A DNA stretch of 64,000 bases, taken from contig CM022671.1 of the NCBI GenBank assembly GCA_012295275.1, positions 744,001-808,000 of the forward strand. Direction: 5' to 3'. The stretch is from Chrysomallon squamiferum. Lineage: Eukaryota; Animalia; Mollusca. Below, piece after piece: positions 1 through 11,485 of the stretch (the stretch's first letter is position 1; the number at the start of each line of letters is the position of its first letter). A program made the position numbers and the translations under genes. Below the pieces are notes generated by a model. The model was not told the DNA's origin, searched no databases, and saw only the letters and a program-made list of their open reading frames with translations.

Positions 1-426
1 CACAAAATCATATTAGTTTAAAATGATTTATATAATATATAGTGTAATTCAAGAAAGCTTAAGATTATCATCTTAGGAAAATTTTTATAAAAATATTTAA
101 ATGTTACAGTGGTATAGTAATTCAAAATGAATAATCACAATTGTTACAGAAATTCACAACTGTTTTGTAATTCAAAATATTTTAGAACTATGTTACAAAA
201 ATTTAAAATAGATTAAAACAATATCGTATTAATTCAAATTAGTTTAGGACAGTGTTATTTCAAAATGCCTTAGGGCGGTATTTGAATTTTCATTGCACTT
301 GAGTATAAAAGTGCCTCCTGAAATAAGGCAATTGCATGAGTGGTCTTTCCACAAGGCATGCTGTCTTGAAAAAGAACAACAAAAACTTTGGTCATGCTGC
401 CATTACAAACTCCTGACACTGACATG

Positions 427-834
427 CTAAGACTTGAACTTCTGTCCCTGTTGGCGTAAGTATTCCTGCTGAATTTCCTTCAAATTCTGTTCCAGCATTT
501 CTACCTCATCCCACTTCTTTGCCTCTCGTGCCTGCTGAACGTAACCTCGGATTATTTCAATCTGTTGAAGCATGGGATCATCAGCTTTGGCCACGTTTGG
601 GACAACCTCGGCCGGCTTCCAGCCCTTGCCTACACTGTCAGACGAGTCAGAGCGGCGGTGACCCAGCAACTTGACACTGTCTGTTGGAGATTTACCTGCT
701 TTCTCAGGTTCCTCATTCTTCCTCTCTTTCGCCTGTGCTTCCATAGCAGCAAGTCTCTCAACTGCAATTTTCTGCTGAATCTTCTCTTTTCTGGATTCTT
801 GCATTCTAATGTATTCGTCTTCAGTAGGTAAAGC
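427..834 (-). CDS. RBSN: RBSN last coding exon (Rab-binding domain, stop)
   Basis: ALPTEDEYIRMQES...DPMLQQIEIIRGYVQQAREAKKWDEVEMLEQNLKEIQQEY...; TAG at 429-427; extends ORF 427..804. Confidence 0.93.
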   Translation of the reverse strand, partial: ALPTEDEYIRMQESRKEKIQQKIAVERLAAMEAQAKERKNEEPEKAGKSPTDSVKLLGHRRSDSSDSVGKGWKPAEVVPNVAKADDPMLQQIEIIRGYVQQAREAKKWDEVEMLEQNLKEIQQEYLRQQGQKFKS

Positions 835-3800
835 CTGTATTTATAGAAAAAAATTATATTTACATTACTCTAGGATTCTGAGTCATCAGCAAGATAAATA
901 AAATAATGATGGAATTAACTAAATTAAAAACAATTATCAAATATTAATTTATTAAACTTTAATCCAGTAGTATCTAGTAAAACTATATCTGTAATTCTAT
1001 ATAGTCTATATTTAAATAGAGAAGAAAATGAAAAAATTACTGCTAATATCATTATCCCAATCTTAATACAAAATGTTAAGTGAACTCCATGCTGTTACAT
1101 TTTCAAAACATACAATAAACTCATTATTAGTATACTATAAAAGTAAAAGGAAGAAAAGACATACTTGCAATCCCATAAGGTTTTCTTGCATGAAGTTGCT
1201 GGCATACAACCGAATGGATTTTTGGAGATAAAGTTGTTTGGGGGGAGGTGGAGGATCAGCATTCAAATCATTTATCAGAATTTTCTTACTGCAGAAAATA
1301 AATAGGAATAGCCCACTCTTTAATAAAATATTAAAAAATATTAAAATTTTTAAAAATAAAAATGCACATTCTCCATGTGAAATTCTAAATTTGATGTTAT
1401 AAAAGTTCCTGTTAACAAATGCTCATTTAATTAAAAACTATCTCCAATGTGGAAATTTTGATAAATCTTCGTGTCGGCTTTTTTGTTCTCCCTTGTTTCT
1501 ATTTAATTCATATCAATTTCAGTTATTTATATTTTATATAGCAATGCAAATGTCCTAACAAAACAACATAGTATTGTTACCTCAGTTGGTCTATTATTTC
1601 ATATGTCTTGCTAAGCTTAGCTCTGAGTATCTGGGCTTGTCGATAATCGTATACAGATTCTCCATTGCTGAAACAAGAAATATATTTTTAGAACAATGAT
1701 TCAAGCTTGTTTTAAAAACAGAAAGTCTTAAGAAAGCCTTAATATTTTATTAAAATGTTTTCAAATGATTGTTTCAATAAGGAACTGAAGTGAACTAAAA
1801 GTAAACAAAATTTCCAGTCTACAAAAAATACACAACACACACAGATCTGCTTAAGAATGCTTATAAATCCATGTTAAACTAAAAGAAGTTCAATAACAAT
1901 TTAGATTTGGAAGATGAGATATAAAAACATTCACCTCAAAGATTCAACCATTGGCATGTAGCGAGTTAGAAGTTCTTGGGCATCATCAATACAAGATTTC
2001 ATTTTCTAAATTTAAAATAAACATATATGAAATTAAAAAGCAGTTAAGTTAATTTGTTATATTGTCAAGGATCCAGTAGCATAATTTTTAAAGACTGTAT
2101 GCTTTCCTATATATATACAGTAGGTATTTTGATACTAATTATTAACAGTAGCCTACTACTTTGCTGACAGAATTTAATATCAGGATTATCATTATAGAAT
2201 AAAATTATTTAGATTTTTTATCTTTTTATTGTTGGCATATATGTTATTAAACTGTCTTCCCACAAAAGATAATAACTGTAGATAATCAAACATTAAATCT
2301 TACATCATATAAAAGAACAATATTAGGTTTAAAGTTTCGCTGTTCTGTCATTTTGTCTCTCCGTTCTAGAAGTCTTCGACAGATGTCACAGATGCGCATG
2401 TGTGGTTCGCCATCAGGGCCTACGAGTGAATTCAAACTGGTATTGCTGTTTGACCGTCTAAGGAATCCTTCTCCTTTAAAACTAAATGCTGGATTCACTA
2501 ATTTTTCTGAAATTAAACATTATAAATACAATCAATGAAGTTTTATCTAAATCTTTAGATGTTAAAACTGATCAAAATAGTATTAATAACAAAGAGACAG
2601 TTTGGACTAACTTATTCTGTAAAATCTTAATAGTGAAAGAGCAGAATATTTTCAAAGTATGTTTTTTTTTTACTGGATATATAATGAAGAGTAGAATATA
2701 ATTGACACAACAGCTATGTCAGATGCTTGAACCACTGAACTGCTCTGTTCCTGCTGTATCATATGTACATTCTATCAAAAACTGTTCTTTTCATAAGAAT
2801 AGCTGAGAGTAGAATTACCCTCCCATACAAGTTTTATAAAACCACAATTCATCGAAAAACACCTTGCCTGTCTGCATAAATTTATATTGGGCGGGAGATA
2901 CACATGCAATGGTTAGGAGACATGTCTCCCAAACATTATTTGAAATCTGGGAAGTAACTGGCATTCGAGACAACAAAGCTAGCAGAAAAATTATCAACAT
3001 TGGTTACATTTCTGCAAATTTCTACTATGCATTACAACATGGGGCCTGCCTTAACTGCAAAAACTACATATATATCATTGGATTTTTTTTTTTTCACACA
3101 TCCTAGGAATGCCCTTCACAGACTGGAGGAGTGCAGACCTGTTCATATGTAACTGTCTATAAATATGTCTCTCGTATTCAGCAGAATATCTATATATTAC
3201 ATTAACATTAAACTACATCTAACCTGAAACAGAACAGCAGATGATATTTCACAAAAATTGTTGATCAAATAGTATGTAAAAAGAATCTGAAACCAAATTT
3301 TGTCATTTTATCTCTATTTTAAATCAATTGTTTCCTGTTTCCTGTACAAAATACAATGAGTAGTCTACATTTTATTATTATACTCACGAGCATATGAAAA
3401 TGTAAGAAACTGAGAACACTTGTGACAAATTATTCCTCCGCAGATTCTGCAGTGATGTCTGCGGTGACGCAGGGAGAAAGACTGTGAGCAGGACAAGCAG
3501 GCAGGAACCTCGCTGTCTGGTATCCATGGAACCACTGACTTTTCAAAAGCTACAAAAATAGTTTTATTCTACCTGTTGACCTCCAAGAAATGTGTTTTTA
3601 AAATCAAATAACAGTGTCAGCTATCTTTATTGTGACATCAAAGAAATGACAACATTCTGTTACACTTGATATCCAAGTAGCAGATATTATTCTGGTTATC
3701 TCACAACTTTACTCATGCTGACAGTGATACTAATTTGGACTTTTGACTTCAGAAACATGTTTTTATTAGTTTACTTCTTTTTACTTGCTTAATTTTTTGT

Positions 3801-5144
3801 TTATTTATTTTTACTTGCTTTATTTTTTGTTTATTTATTTATTATTATTATTTTCTTGATTTCCTTTCTTCTACTGAAATTTTATTTTTTCTTAAATGAT
3901 TTAAATATGAAATAAATTTATTACAAAATCAGTTATAAATAAAGTATCATTAAAAAATTAAAAACATTTCACTGTATTATTTTATTTTGTTGAAACTACT
4001 TTAAAATGAAACCTTTTCTTTTGCTGGGCTCACTGGGAGCATCATCAGCAATCAGCTTGTCAAGTCGAATGAGCAGTTTGTTTGTTTCCACTACAAAATG
4101 ATCAATTCTGGCGTCTCTGTTTGCTTTGAAAGTCTCTATATGGTTTCTGGTAACACCTGAAAAATAATAAACTGACAAATTATACATAAGCACAAAATTC
4201 TAAAAACATTTCTTCTATTAAACAAACATTTAGAAACTTTTCAGATAGTTTGAAGTTAAATTTGGCAAGAGGAAACGTGATTGTTTAACTGTTTCTCTCA
4301 GTTGATTTAATACAGTGTAAATAAAAACTTAATCACCACTAAAGAGAATCAGATAACTAATACATACAAAATAATGTGAAAATTAAAAAGAAAAGATTAC
4401 CAAGTTCCTGCGGTTCCCACCAAGATGGGTCATAACCTGACAAACTGGAAGCTGAAATAAAACCAGATTCATCTTCCTTCTGTCCGGAAAATGTGGAAGA
4501 AAAGCCTGGTAAATCTTTGTCACCAAGGATCCGTTTCTTTGCTTTATCAAAAAAACCTGCAAGTATAATGTGGGACGTAAAGCCAAATCCTGATTATCTT
4601 ATTTATACTAAATATATGTAAGCTCTTTCAAAAAAAGATTTTTATTTATTGCTACAACGGCAAACAACACTGATTAACCTGGGCTATAAATCATATTTCA
4701 GAAAGCTTTGTTATTTTGCTTTTGATCTTATTTTTTTAATTATTATATATATATATACATATATACACATATATACATATATGCATATACATATATATAT
4801 ATACATACACATACATATATACATATATATATACATATACATTAGATATATATATACATATACAGTTATATATATATGTTTTTGTTTTTTTTTCCAATAG
4901 AGATAATTAATTTTTACTACATTTTGATTTTTAAAAAATATAAAAACAAAAATGATATGCAAATATATTTCTTGAGGTATTAAAAGCAATACATCTCTGA
5001 CAAACCTTTCAAGTGCTGGAAGACAGCTTTGTCTTCTGAAGTGTGGGCCACTTCAAAATGTTCCTGCAGCTGGGTGACTGTGCCAAAGTCCTTCATACAC
5101 AGAGGGCAGAGAAAGCCCTCCATGACATCTGTGTTTCCAGCCAT
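427..5144 (-). CDS. RBSN: Rabenosyn-5 (FYVE-finger Rab5/Rab4 effector), 9 coding exons, 497 aa
   Basis: Exons 5144-5006, 4556-4401, 4156-4013, 3549-3388, 2506-2304, 2005-1935, 1667-1581, 1288-1165, 834-427. All are GT-AG and phase-compatible, summing to 1494 nt. The protein has an N-terminal C2H2 finger (EGFLCPLCMKDF...LQEHFEVAH), the WEPQELG motif, VVETNKLLIRLDKL, a FYVE domain (WIPD...RRHHCRICG...RICDIC) and a C-terminal Rab-binding helical hairpin (DPMLQQIEIIRGYVQQAREAKKWDEVEMLEQNLKEI). Confidence 0.95.
1165..1288 (-). CDS. RBSN: RBSN coding exon 8
   Basis: SKKILINDLNADPPPPPKQLYLQKSIRLYASNFMQENLMGLQ; phase 2-0. Confidence 0.92.
1581..1667 (-). CDS. RBSN: RBSN coding exon 7
   Basis: NGESVYDYRQAQILRAKLSKTYEIIDQL; phase 2-2. 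Confidence 0.9.
1935..2005 (-). CDS. RBSN: RBSN coding exon 6
   Basis: KMKSCIDDAQELLTRYMPMVESL; phase 0-2. Confidence 0.88.
2304..2506 (-). CDS. RBSN: RBSN coding exon 5 (FYVE insert and C-terminal CxxC)
   Basis: QKLVNPAF...EPHMRICDICRRLLERR...VLLYD; phase 1-0. Confidence 0.92.
3388..3549 (-). CDS. RBSN: RBSN coding exon 4 (FYVE core)
   Basis: AFEKSVVPWIPDSEVPACLSCSQSFSLRHRRHHCRICGGIICHKCSQFL; donor gtgagt. Confidence 0.95.
4013..4156 (-). CDS. RBSN: RBSN coding exon 3
   Basis: GVTRNHIETFKANRDARIDHFVVETNKLLIRLDKL...; phase 1-1. Confidence 0.93.
4401..4556 (-). CDS. RBSN: RBSN coding exon 2
   Basis: GFFDKAKKRILG...GYDPSWWEPQEL; AG/GT flanks, phase 1-1. Confidence 0.92.
4744..4877. repeat. 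Compound (TA)n/(TACA)n microsatellite in RBSN intron
   Basis: Direct reading of the sequence. Confidence 0.9.
5006..5144 (-). CDS. RBSN: RBSN coding exon 1 (C2H2 zinc finger)
   Basis: MAGNTDVMEGFLCPLCMKDFGTVTQLQEHFEVAHTSEDKAVFQHLK. An acceptor AG at 5161-5160 implies an upstream non-coding exon; donor GT at 5005-5004. Confidence 0.92.
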
Positions 5145-5159
5145 CTTCCATTCAGTACA

Positions 5160-6290
5160 CTGTAAAATAAAATATAAGCAATAAAATTCAGTGCTAAGAA
5201 CAAACATGCAAAATTTGTTTCAGTGTTTTGTTTCTGACAAATTTAATTTTGATTTTTTTTTTCAAATTAATAATAAAATATGTTTTACTATATAAATTAA
5301 TTTAAAATTTTTAATACAACATTGATACTCTCCAATGTTAAATTCATTGCACATTTGACTTATTCTAATATCTGTGCATTTTAGGTATTTTCAGTATATG
5401 CTCTTAGGTGAAATAAATTATAACTGGATGCACAACTGATTTTACCAAGACACTTCCAGTTTACTGATTCTGAAAAGATTGATATACTAGCAGAAATGTA
5501 AAGTAAGTCAGTAAAATTTTAAGTTGTTACAAACTGAACTTTATCTTTTTTTTTTTTTTTCTTTTTTGTAACAATGCATATTATTTGTATGTCCATAATC
5601 ATGATGATGTATATTACTTCTTATGGTGTATTATTTTTATTACTCCAACCTAGTTATTACTTGCAGACTGAGTGCATCTCTTGCAGCCATGCGTTTTCCT
5701 TCTTTATTCTTTAGGAAAGAGAGGAAAGAAATAAAATCAGACTTCTGTCACAATAACAGCGTTTACCTTTTGAGTTACAGATGCATGAACAGTTACGTAA
5801 TGGTGGTAATAGTATGGATTAACATATTCCTTTATGCATTATTTTCTCAAATAATTTCTTATTTCGATAATTGAGAAATTAAGCCCGCCTGTATTCAATG
5901 AATAAAAATACCTGTAATATCCATATTCGATGCTAGACGAACCACTTGTTTTAAAGTGGACAAGATATGATTACACAGAATGACAGTTCTGAGTTCACTT
6001 CCACTTCCAGTGGATCAAATCAGTATGTAGCATTCTCCATTTGTAGGCGTGAACAAATCAAATTGTAGACATGTTTTCAAAATTGATACTTGTGCAAATC
6101 AAACAGATACTGAGTTGTTTTGTTTTGTTGATGTGTTTTAACTATTTTGTTGCGTTTGTGATTTATTAATAAACTGATTTTATTAATAATTTGCTCTAAT
6201 AAGATGTTACAGCATTTTTACTGCTGCACAGGACTTTCCGCTGACCTTGGTGTGTGAATTTCCGGGTTTGTTGCAGCACGATTTTTATGA
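5160..6290. promoter_or_regulatory. Divergent (candidate bidirectional) promoter and 5'UTR region shared by RBSN and CHCHD3
   Basis: The start codons at 5144 (-) and 6291 (+) face away from each other about 1.15 kb apart, and RBSN needs an additional upstream non-coding exon. TSS positions cannot be read from sequence. Confidence 0.6.
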
Positions 6291-6356
6291 ATGGGGGGTT
6301 CTGGTAGCACTCGTCGTGTGGTTGTGGAACAAATGGATAGCACAGGCGTTGTCAGG
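6291..6356 (+). CDS. CHCHD3: CHCHD3/MIC19 coding exon 1
   Basis: MGGSGSTRRVVVEQMDSTGVVR, donor gtaatt, phase 0. Confidence 0.88.
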
Positions 6357-9300
6357 GTAATTTTCGCTATCGATGACAAGTTATAATATATTTGCAAATT
6401 TGTATTTAACATACATCTCTGGAGTCACCTTTAGCTAAGTAAATTGGCTCAAGTTCTTCGATCATCCTTTTACTTTCTCCACTAAACTTTAGTAGACTAC
6501 GAGTAACTTCCACATTTCTTTGATTTCGTCAGCTGCGAAATTATCTGAGTTATCTCTTGATATGGAAAAATAGATAGGAAATTTTATCTTCAATCTCAAA
6601 CCAGATTTTCTTTTTATGATCTTGTGCATGAAGAAGCTTTATTTTATTTTTTTTCCCTCACTTTATTGTCACATATATTTTATGCCTAGAGAGCAATAAA
6701 TATTTTATTTATATATATAATAATTTTTTTTTGAATGTTTAATACTACAGAATAATTTTTTTTTTTTTATAAAAATATTTTTTATTACTGTTTTTTAAAT
6801 TTAAAAAAAAATTTAAACAAATGTTTTGATGAATTAGACGCTGACTTATTAAAATGATAGTCGGCTCTGCAGAAGACCTATGATAAACACATCTGTTTCT
6901 TACTTAATAATGATAATAAATGCTATATGATGTATATCTGGCCTAAACTGTATACTGTTTTTTTAATATATTTTTTTTTTTTTTTTTCATGTATTTTGTG
7001 CTTTTTCGATTTAATTTTTTATTTTTTTTTAATCTTTATTAATATATGGAATTATTTCAGAAATAATGTTTTGAAGTGGTAAATTCAAGAACATATGTGT
7101 GACATAGTACTAATTTATTTTGGTTTTTTGGTTGACCCCTTAATTCTCTCCCTTTGTATACTCAAATTAAATGCAATAAACTAAAGTGATTTTATTTCTC
7201 TTCTTTCTTTAAATTCAGTTAATGCTGAAGATGTATTTAATTAACCATATACCCCATGGTTGATGTTTATTTGTCACAGAATTTAAAGAAGTATCTAAGA
7301 GGAAAGCACTGATACCAAAACTAACACAAAATGATTATCTTCTAAATATAATTTACCTTTATTTTTTAAGTGTTGTTTATTTATTTATTTTCAATGCTTT
7401 TCAAATGTAACATTTTTAATTTTTGATATAAATGTGAATGCATTATCTTTTTTAAATTTATTTTTTATTATTATTATTTTTTTTAAAGATATCGGAGTCT
7501 GTAGTGAAAAGGTTAAAAGGTGAACCAGATTCAGAAGGTAGGAAAAAATATGTATCGATTATAACAAAACAGTGCTGTTTAATATTAATGAAAATGATGA
7601 CAGAATGAATGAATATTTATTAACATAAACACATGGTTTATTGATTAGAATATCATGGATAGTAAATATCAAAACTTCTTTTAATTCCTAGTAGTCAGAT
7701 GTGTTTAAGTATAATTAAAAGTAATGGCATAAGAATTATAAATATTTGATAACATAGCATACCTTAAATTTAACTGAATTCCTGATTTCATGTACATGCT
7801 TATAAATGAGAGGAGCACAGGAAGGATTTCTAAGTAAATGAAAGTTTATAAATTGTAAGATAATGTTTTGTTTAAACTTTATATTAATTAACCAGTTCTT
7901 TTTTTTTTCTCTTATTCTTCATTTTTTATTTTTAATGACAATTTTATCTGAGGTTGATTTTTTATTTTTATTTTTATTTCTTTAGGGACTGTTACAAGCA
8001 GTGTGGTATCAACCCCTGAGGTAAGTATAACCATCAGCATAATTTTCTGATTGTGCTAAACCTTTTTATGGATTATTCACCAAAATGTAGAATGTCTGTG
8101 ATGAAATACATACATACGTGTTATTTATTAAATTTTTTACTAAAATGTATTTCAATTGAAAACTGCAAACTTACATTATAATACTTTATTTTATGAATGT
8201 TTTGTTCAAAATATAATGGACTAAAACTCATATTAAATTTATCTTGTAACTAATATTAACAATAATTTATAGAAGTTGTGTGTGTGTGTTTCTTTGATGA
8301 TCTTATGATGAAAATGAATAATAGATTATTTTTACAATTTAGCCAGAGGTTACCAGGCCTTCGTTTATTTACCCTAAAAAACGAGAAGGTGAGGCTTCAG
8401 CTGTCCAAGAAATAGAAAATTTCTACAAGCAAAAGATCAAAGAATTGGAAGAAAGAGTAAGCAAAGTCTTTTATATGTGTTTTGTTAATTATTGTGGGGT
8501 TTTTTTTGTTGTTTTTTAATATATATTTTTTTATAAATAACTGGATAAATTAAGACTGTGGCACAGATTGGGAGGATTGATTTTGTGACTGCAGAGTGTT
8601 TCTGATGCTAAGGGCCAGTTCCCAATCACTAAAATACAATCTTCCTGTATAGAACAAAATAACTGAACAAAAATATACCTGTCACACAGTGAAACTGTCT
8701 GGCTTTCTTTGTTGCTATCTACACAGTACGTTGTTTTTGTTTTTTTATACATCTAGCATTTCAATTTAATTTTATTTTGAAATTCATATATGAGTTAATT
8801 TTTTATACTGATTATGTATTATAATGAATAATTTTGTGTTATAGGAAGCCTCTCTTAGCCAAATAGCTAAGACGCAGTTTGCACAGGCTGTTCAAGAAGT
8901 GGAAAGTAAATTTATGTAAGTTAAAATACAAATATGACTGGATAGAGTACTCTGATAGGCAAATATAACCAAATGTTTGATACAGTGAACCAGTTCTCTA
9001 TCAAAGAATATTTTGAAAATCTTTTTCATTGAACTGATATTGTACAAATTTTAATTAAATGGCATGTTACTTCCTCCAGTTTTTTTTGCAAATGTAAAAA
9101 ACCCAGTCTATATGAAATACATCGTACATATAGTATTTTAAATTCACTCAGTTTTCAATGGTCACTTAATATTTATGTGTATTTAAATACTGTGAAATAA
9201 GTATTATATAAACATACCCTGTAGAGAGATGTGGTAGTAAGGAAATTTAATTAATAAATAAAATTGTTTCCTATATATATATATATATAACTATAACTTT

Positions 9301-10030
9301 TTAAAACTCTTTATGTTTAACTTCTTTGGGGGGGGTTTAAGGGGAGGGTTGGGATTGTTTATAATATTTTAATTTAATCTTTTATCATTTCTTTTTGTTT
9401 GTTTGTTTGTTTTTTTGGTTTACTCATTTATTACCACCTGTTTCATTTTATTAAATTTTAATTATATTTTAGAAAGCAGACATTTTCTCCAGTTTGTGAA
9501 TATTACCAAAATAAGGTGTATGACTGTTACCTGGAAAATCCTTCCAAAACTTTGAAATGTTCACCAGAAGTACGAGCATTTACATCGTGTGTAGACAAAG
9601 CCAAGCTGGTGTGTTTGTAATTTTCTTTTCTTTTTTATATCTATCTGAGATTACTGTACAAACAAAATTTTCATGAAATGGATTTTCACTGTTTGTTTTA
9701 TCTCTCCAACCTATAAATGTTGTCTTATTCTGACCATGGAAGTTACTCAGATAAAAATGTCTGGAAAAAATAGAACATCAGTTGGCCATCATCCAGCAAC
9801 AAGTCTTCATTTTCCTATCAGTAACTAATACCAGTAGAATTATCTAGTAATTAATTACTGATCAGCAAATGAAAAGAAACAGTTTGATCATGATATATAT
9901 TTTTAGTTAAAATGGTTGTCCTAGCAGAGATAAGTTGCAGTTTTGATGCCTATTTGTGCTCTTTCTTTCAGCATGGATATTTGATTAAATTATTATCAAG
10001 CAGTTTTCTGAAAAAGCTCTCTGTCAGGTT

Positions 10031-10066
<36 letters not shown>

Positions 10067-10233
10067 TTTAGACTCATCAGTTTTGCACTCAATAAGATTT
10101 ATAGTTATTCTTATAAAAAATATTTTCCAGATAAATAATTAAAATACTATAAAAACAGAATTTTATCTCATTTTTGTTTTTTCTTCTCTTCTTTCTGTTC
10201 CAGAATGCGTTAACACGACGAGGTTGTCCATAG
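6291..10233 (+). CDS. CHCHD3: MICOS complex subunit MIC19/MIC25 (CHCHD3/CHCHD6 family), 7 coding exons, 166 aa
   Basis: Exons 6291-6356, 7489-7537, 7986-8020, 8343-8456, 8845-8915, 9473-9608, 10204-10233, summing to 501 nt with compatible phases. N-terminus MGGSGSTRRVVVE (myristoylation G2/S6), ISESVVKRLK, coiled coil, and twin CX9C domain PVCEYYQNKVYDCYLENPSKTLKCSPEVRAFTSCVDKAK. Probably co-orthologous to vertebrate CHCHD3 and CHCHD6. Confidence 0.9.
7489..7537 (+). CDS. CHCHD3: CHCHD3/MIC19 coding exon 2
   Basis: ISESVVKRLKGEPDSE; T-rich acceptor, donor gtagga, phase 0-1. Confidence 0.85.
7986..8020 (+). CDS. CHCHD3: CHCHD3/MIC19 coding exon 3 (35 nt)
   Basis: GTVTSSVVSTPE; tttag acceptor and gtaagt donor; needed to restore phase 1-0. 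Confidence 0.8.
8343..8456 (+). CDS. CHCHD3: CHCHD3/MIC19 coding exon 4
   Basis: PEVTRPSFIYPKKREGEASAVQEIENFYKQKIKELEER; donor gtaagc. Confidence 0.88.
8845..8915 (+). CDS. CHCHD3: CHCHD3/MIC19 coding exon 5
   Basis: EASLSQIAKTQFAQAVQEVESKF; donor gtaagt, phase 0-2. Confidence 0.9.
9473..9608 (+). CDS. CHCHD3: CHCHD3/MIC19 coding exon 6 (CHCH twin CX9C)
   Basis: KQTFSPVCEYYQNKVYDCYLENPSKTLKCSPEVRAFTSCVDKAKL; phase 2-0. Confidence 0.93.
10204..10233 (+). CDS. CHCHD3: CHCHD3/MIC19 last coding exon
   Basis: Strong pyrimidine tract plus cag, then NALTRRGCP-TAG. Confidence 0.8.
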   Translation, partial: NALTRRGCP

Positions 10234-10306
10234 ACTGGTGATGAATGTGCTTTTTGTGTGGTGCCAGACCATCCTGGGTGTGTGATATGTTACACAGAAT
10301 TTATTC

Positions 10307-10312
10307 AATAAA
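10307..10312 (+). terminator. Candidate polyadenylation signal of CHCHD3
   Basis: AATAAA about 75 nt after the stop codon; further AATAAA hexamers occur downstream. Confidence 0.4.
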
Positions 10313-10949
10313 AGAAAGAACTCAGTTGTTCAGTGAATTTCTCATCATTAGTTCAGCTTGACATTTTAAGAGCCATAAAAGAAGCATTTACTATATCATG
10401 ACGTTTTTTATCATATCTGTATGAGTAGATGGAAATAAACTAATTAAAATGGGTGGCTGTAGTAATCTTTTTACGTGGAAGATTTATGTCCCTTGTTTGA
10501 TTTTTAACTTAATTTTTTTAATTTCAGATAGTTTAGGTAATAAAAATTAAATATGGTTTTATACAATTGTTGAAAATAAAACATCAAATGCCATGTTAAA
10601 ATGTTATATATCTTTCAAAATTTTCTGTTTAGCTGATTATCGCAAGATTTATAAATGTTCATATATTTATTGTTTTAGTTTGAAATAAATAATTAAAAAA
10701 AAAAAAAGGTAAGCTAATATAAAAACTATTTTAATTATTGTTTTTCTGTGTTCAGAAATAAAGGTCAAAATACTAAATTCCGTGTAGTTTTCACTTATTT
10801 GGTTTATAAATTATAAACGAAATGAATAAATTTAAAAAATTCATTTTCCACTTACAGAATGGAATTCTGAAACCAAAACAAACAAAAATATGCAATTTCT
10901 CCCGTTAATAGATTAATTAATTAAATTAATATTGTCATTCTGTGTAATC

Positions 10950-11125
10950 AGTCTTCTTCAGCCAAAGCCATTAAGCATGGTTTATCAAAGGCCAAGACCA
11001 GCTTTCCAGCAGTGGGAAGGTACATATAAAGTATTTCTCGTTGCTGATCAAATGTCTTTTGAGTGGTCATTATCCATACCATATATATAAAAAAAATATT
11101 TACTGCATCATAAATAAAACGATTT
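10950..11125 (+). mobile_element. Degenerate SINE remnant
   Basis: ggtttatcaaaggcc...gtgggaaggtacatataaagtatttctcgttgct...taaataaaac shares its core with the copies at 17480 and 37680. Confidence 0.5.
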
Positions 11126-11454
11126 TATTATTATTATTATATTTATATTTATTATGTTTTGTTTTGGGAGGGGTTCTTAAATATTTTATCGAAATATTGT
11201 TATATAATAAAGTGTATATTATATTAAAGAAATTTTATAATTGTTCAAATTAAATTGTATTGCAAGGAGCCAGTATATGTTTTTTTTAATTATTATTATT
11301 TATTTATTTATTTTTATGAAAAAAAAAAAATATATATATATATATATGTAAACATGTTTACAATTTATAGACACCATGACATACTTTGCTATATCTCATT
11401 TATTTTATCATTGCTTTACGTAATAAATTTTAGTAATAAATCAGTTTCGTAAGT

Positions 11455-11485
<31 letters not shown>

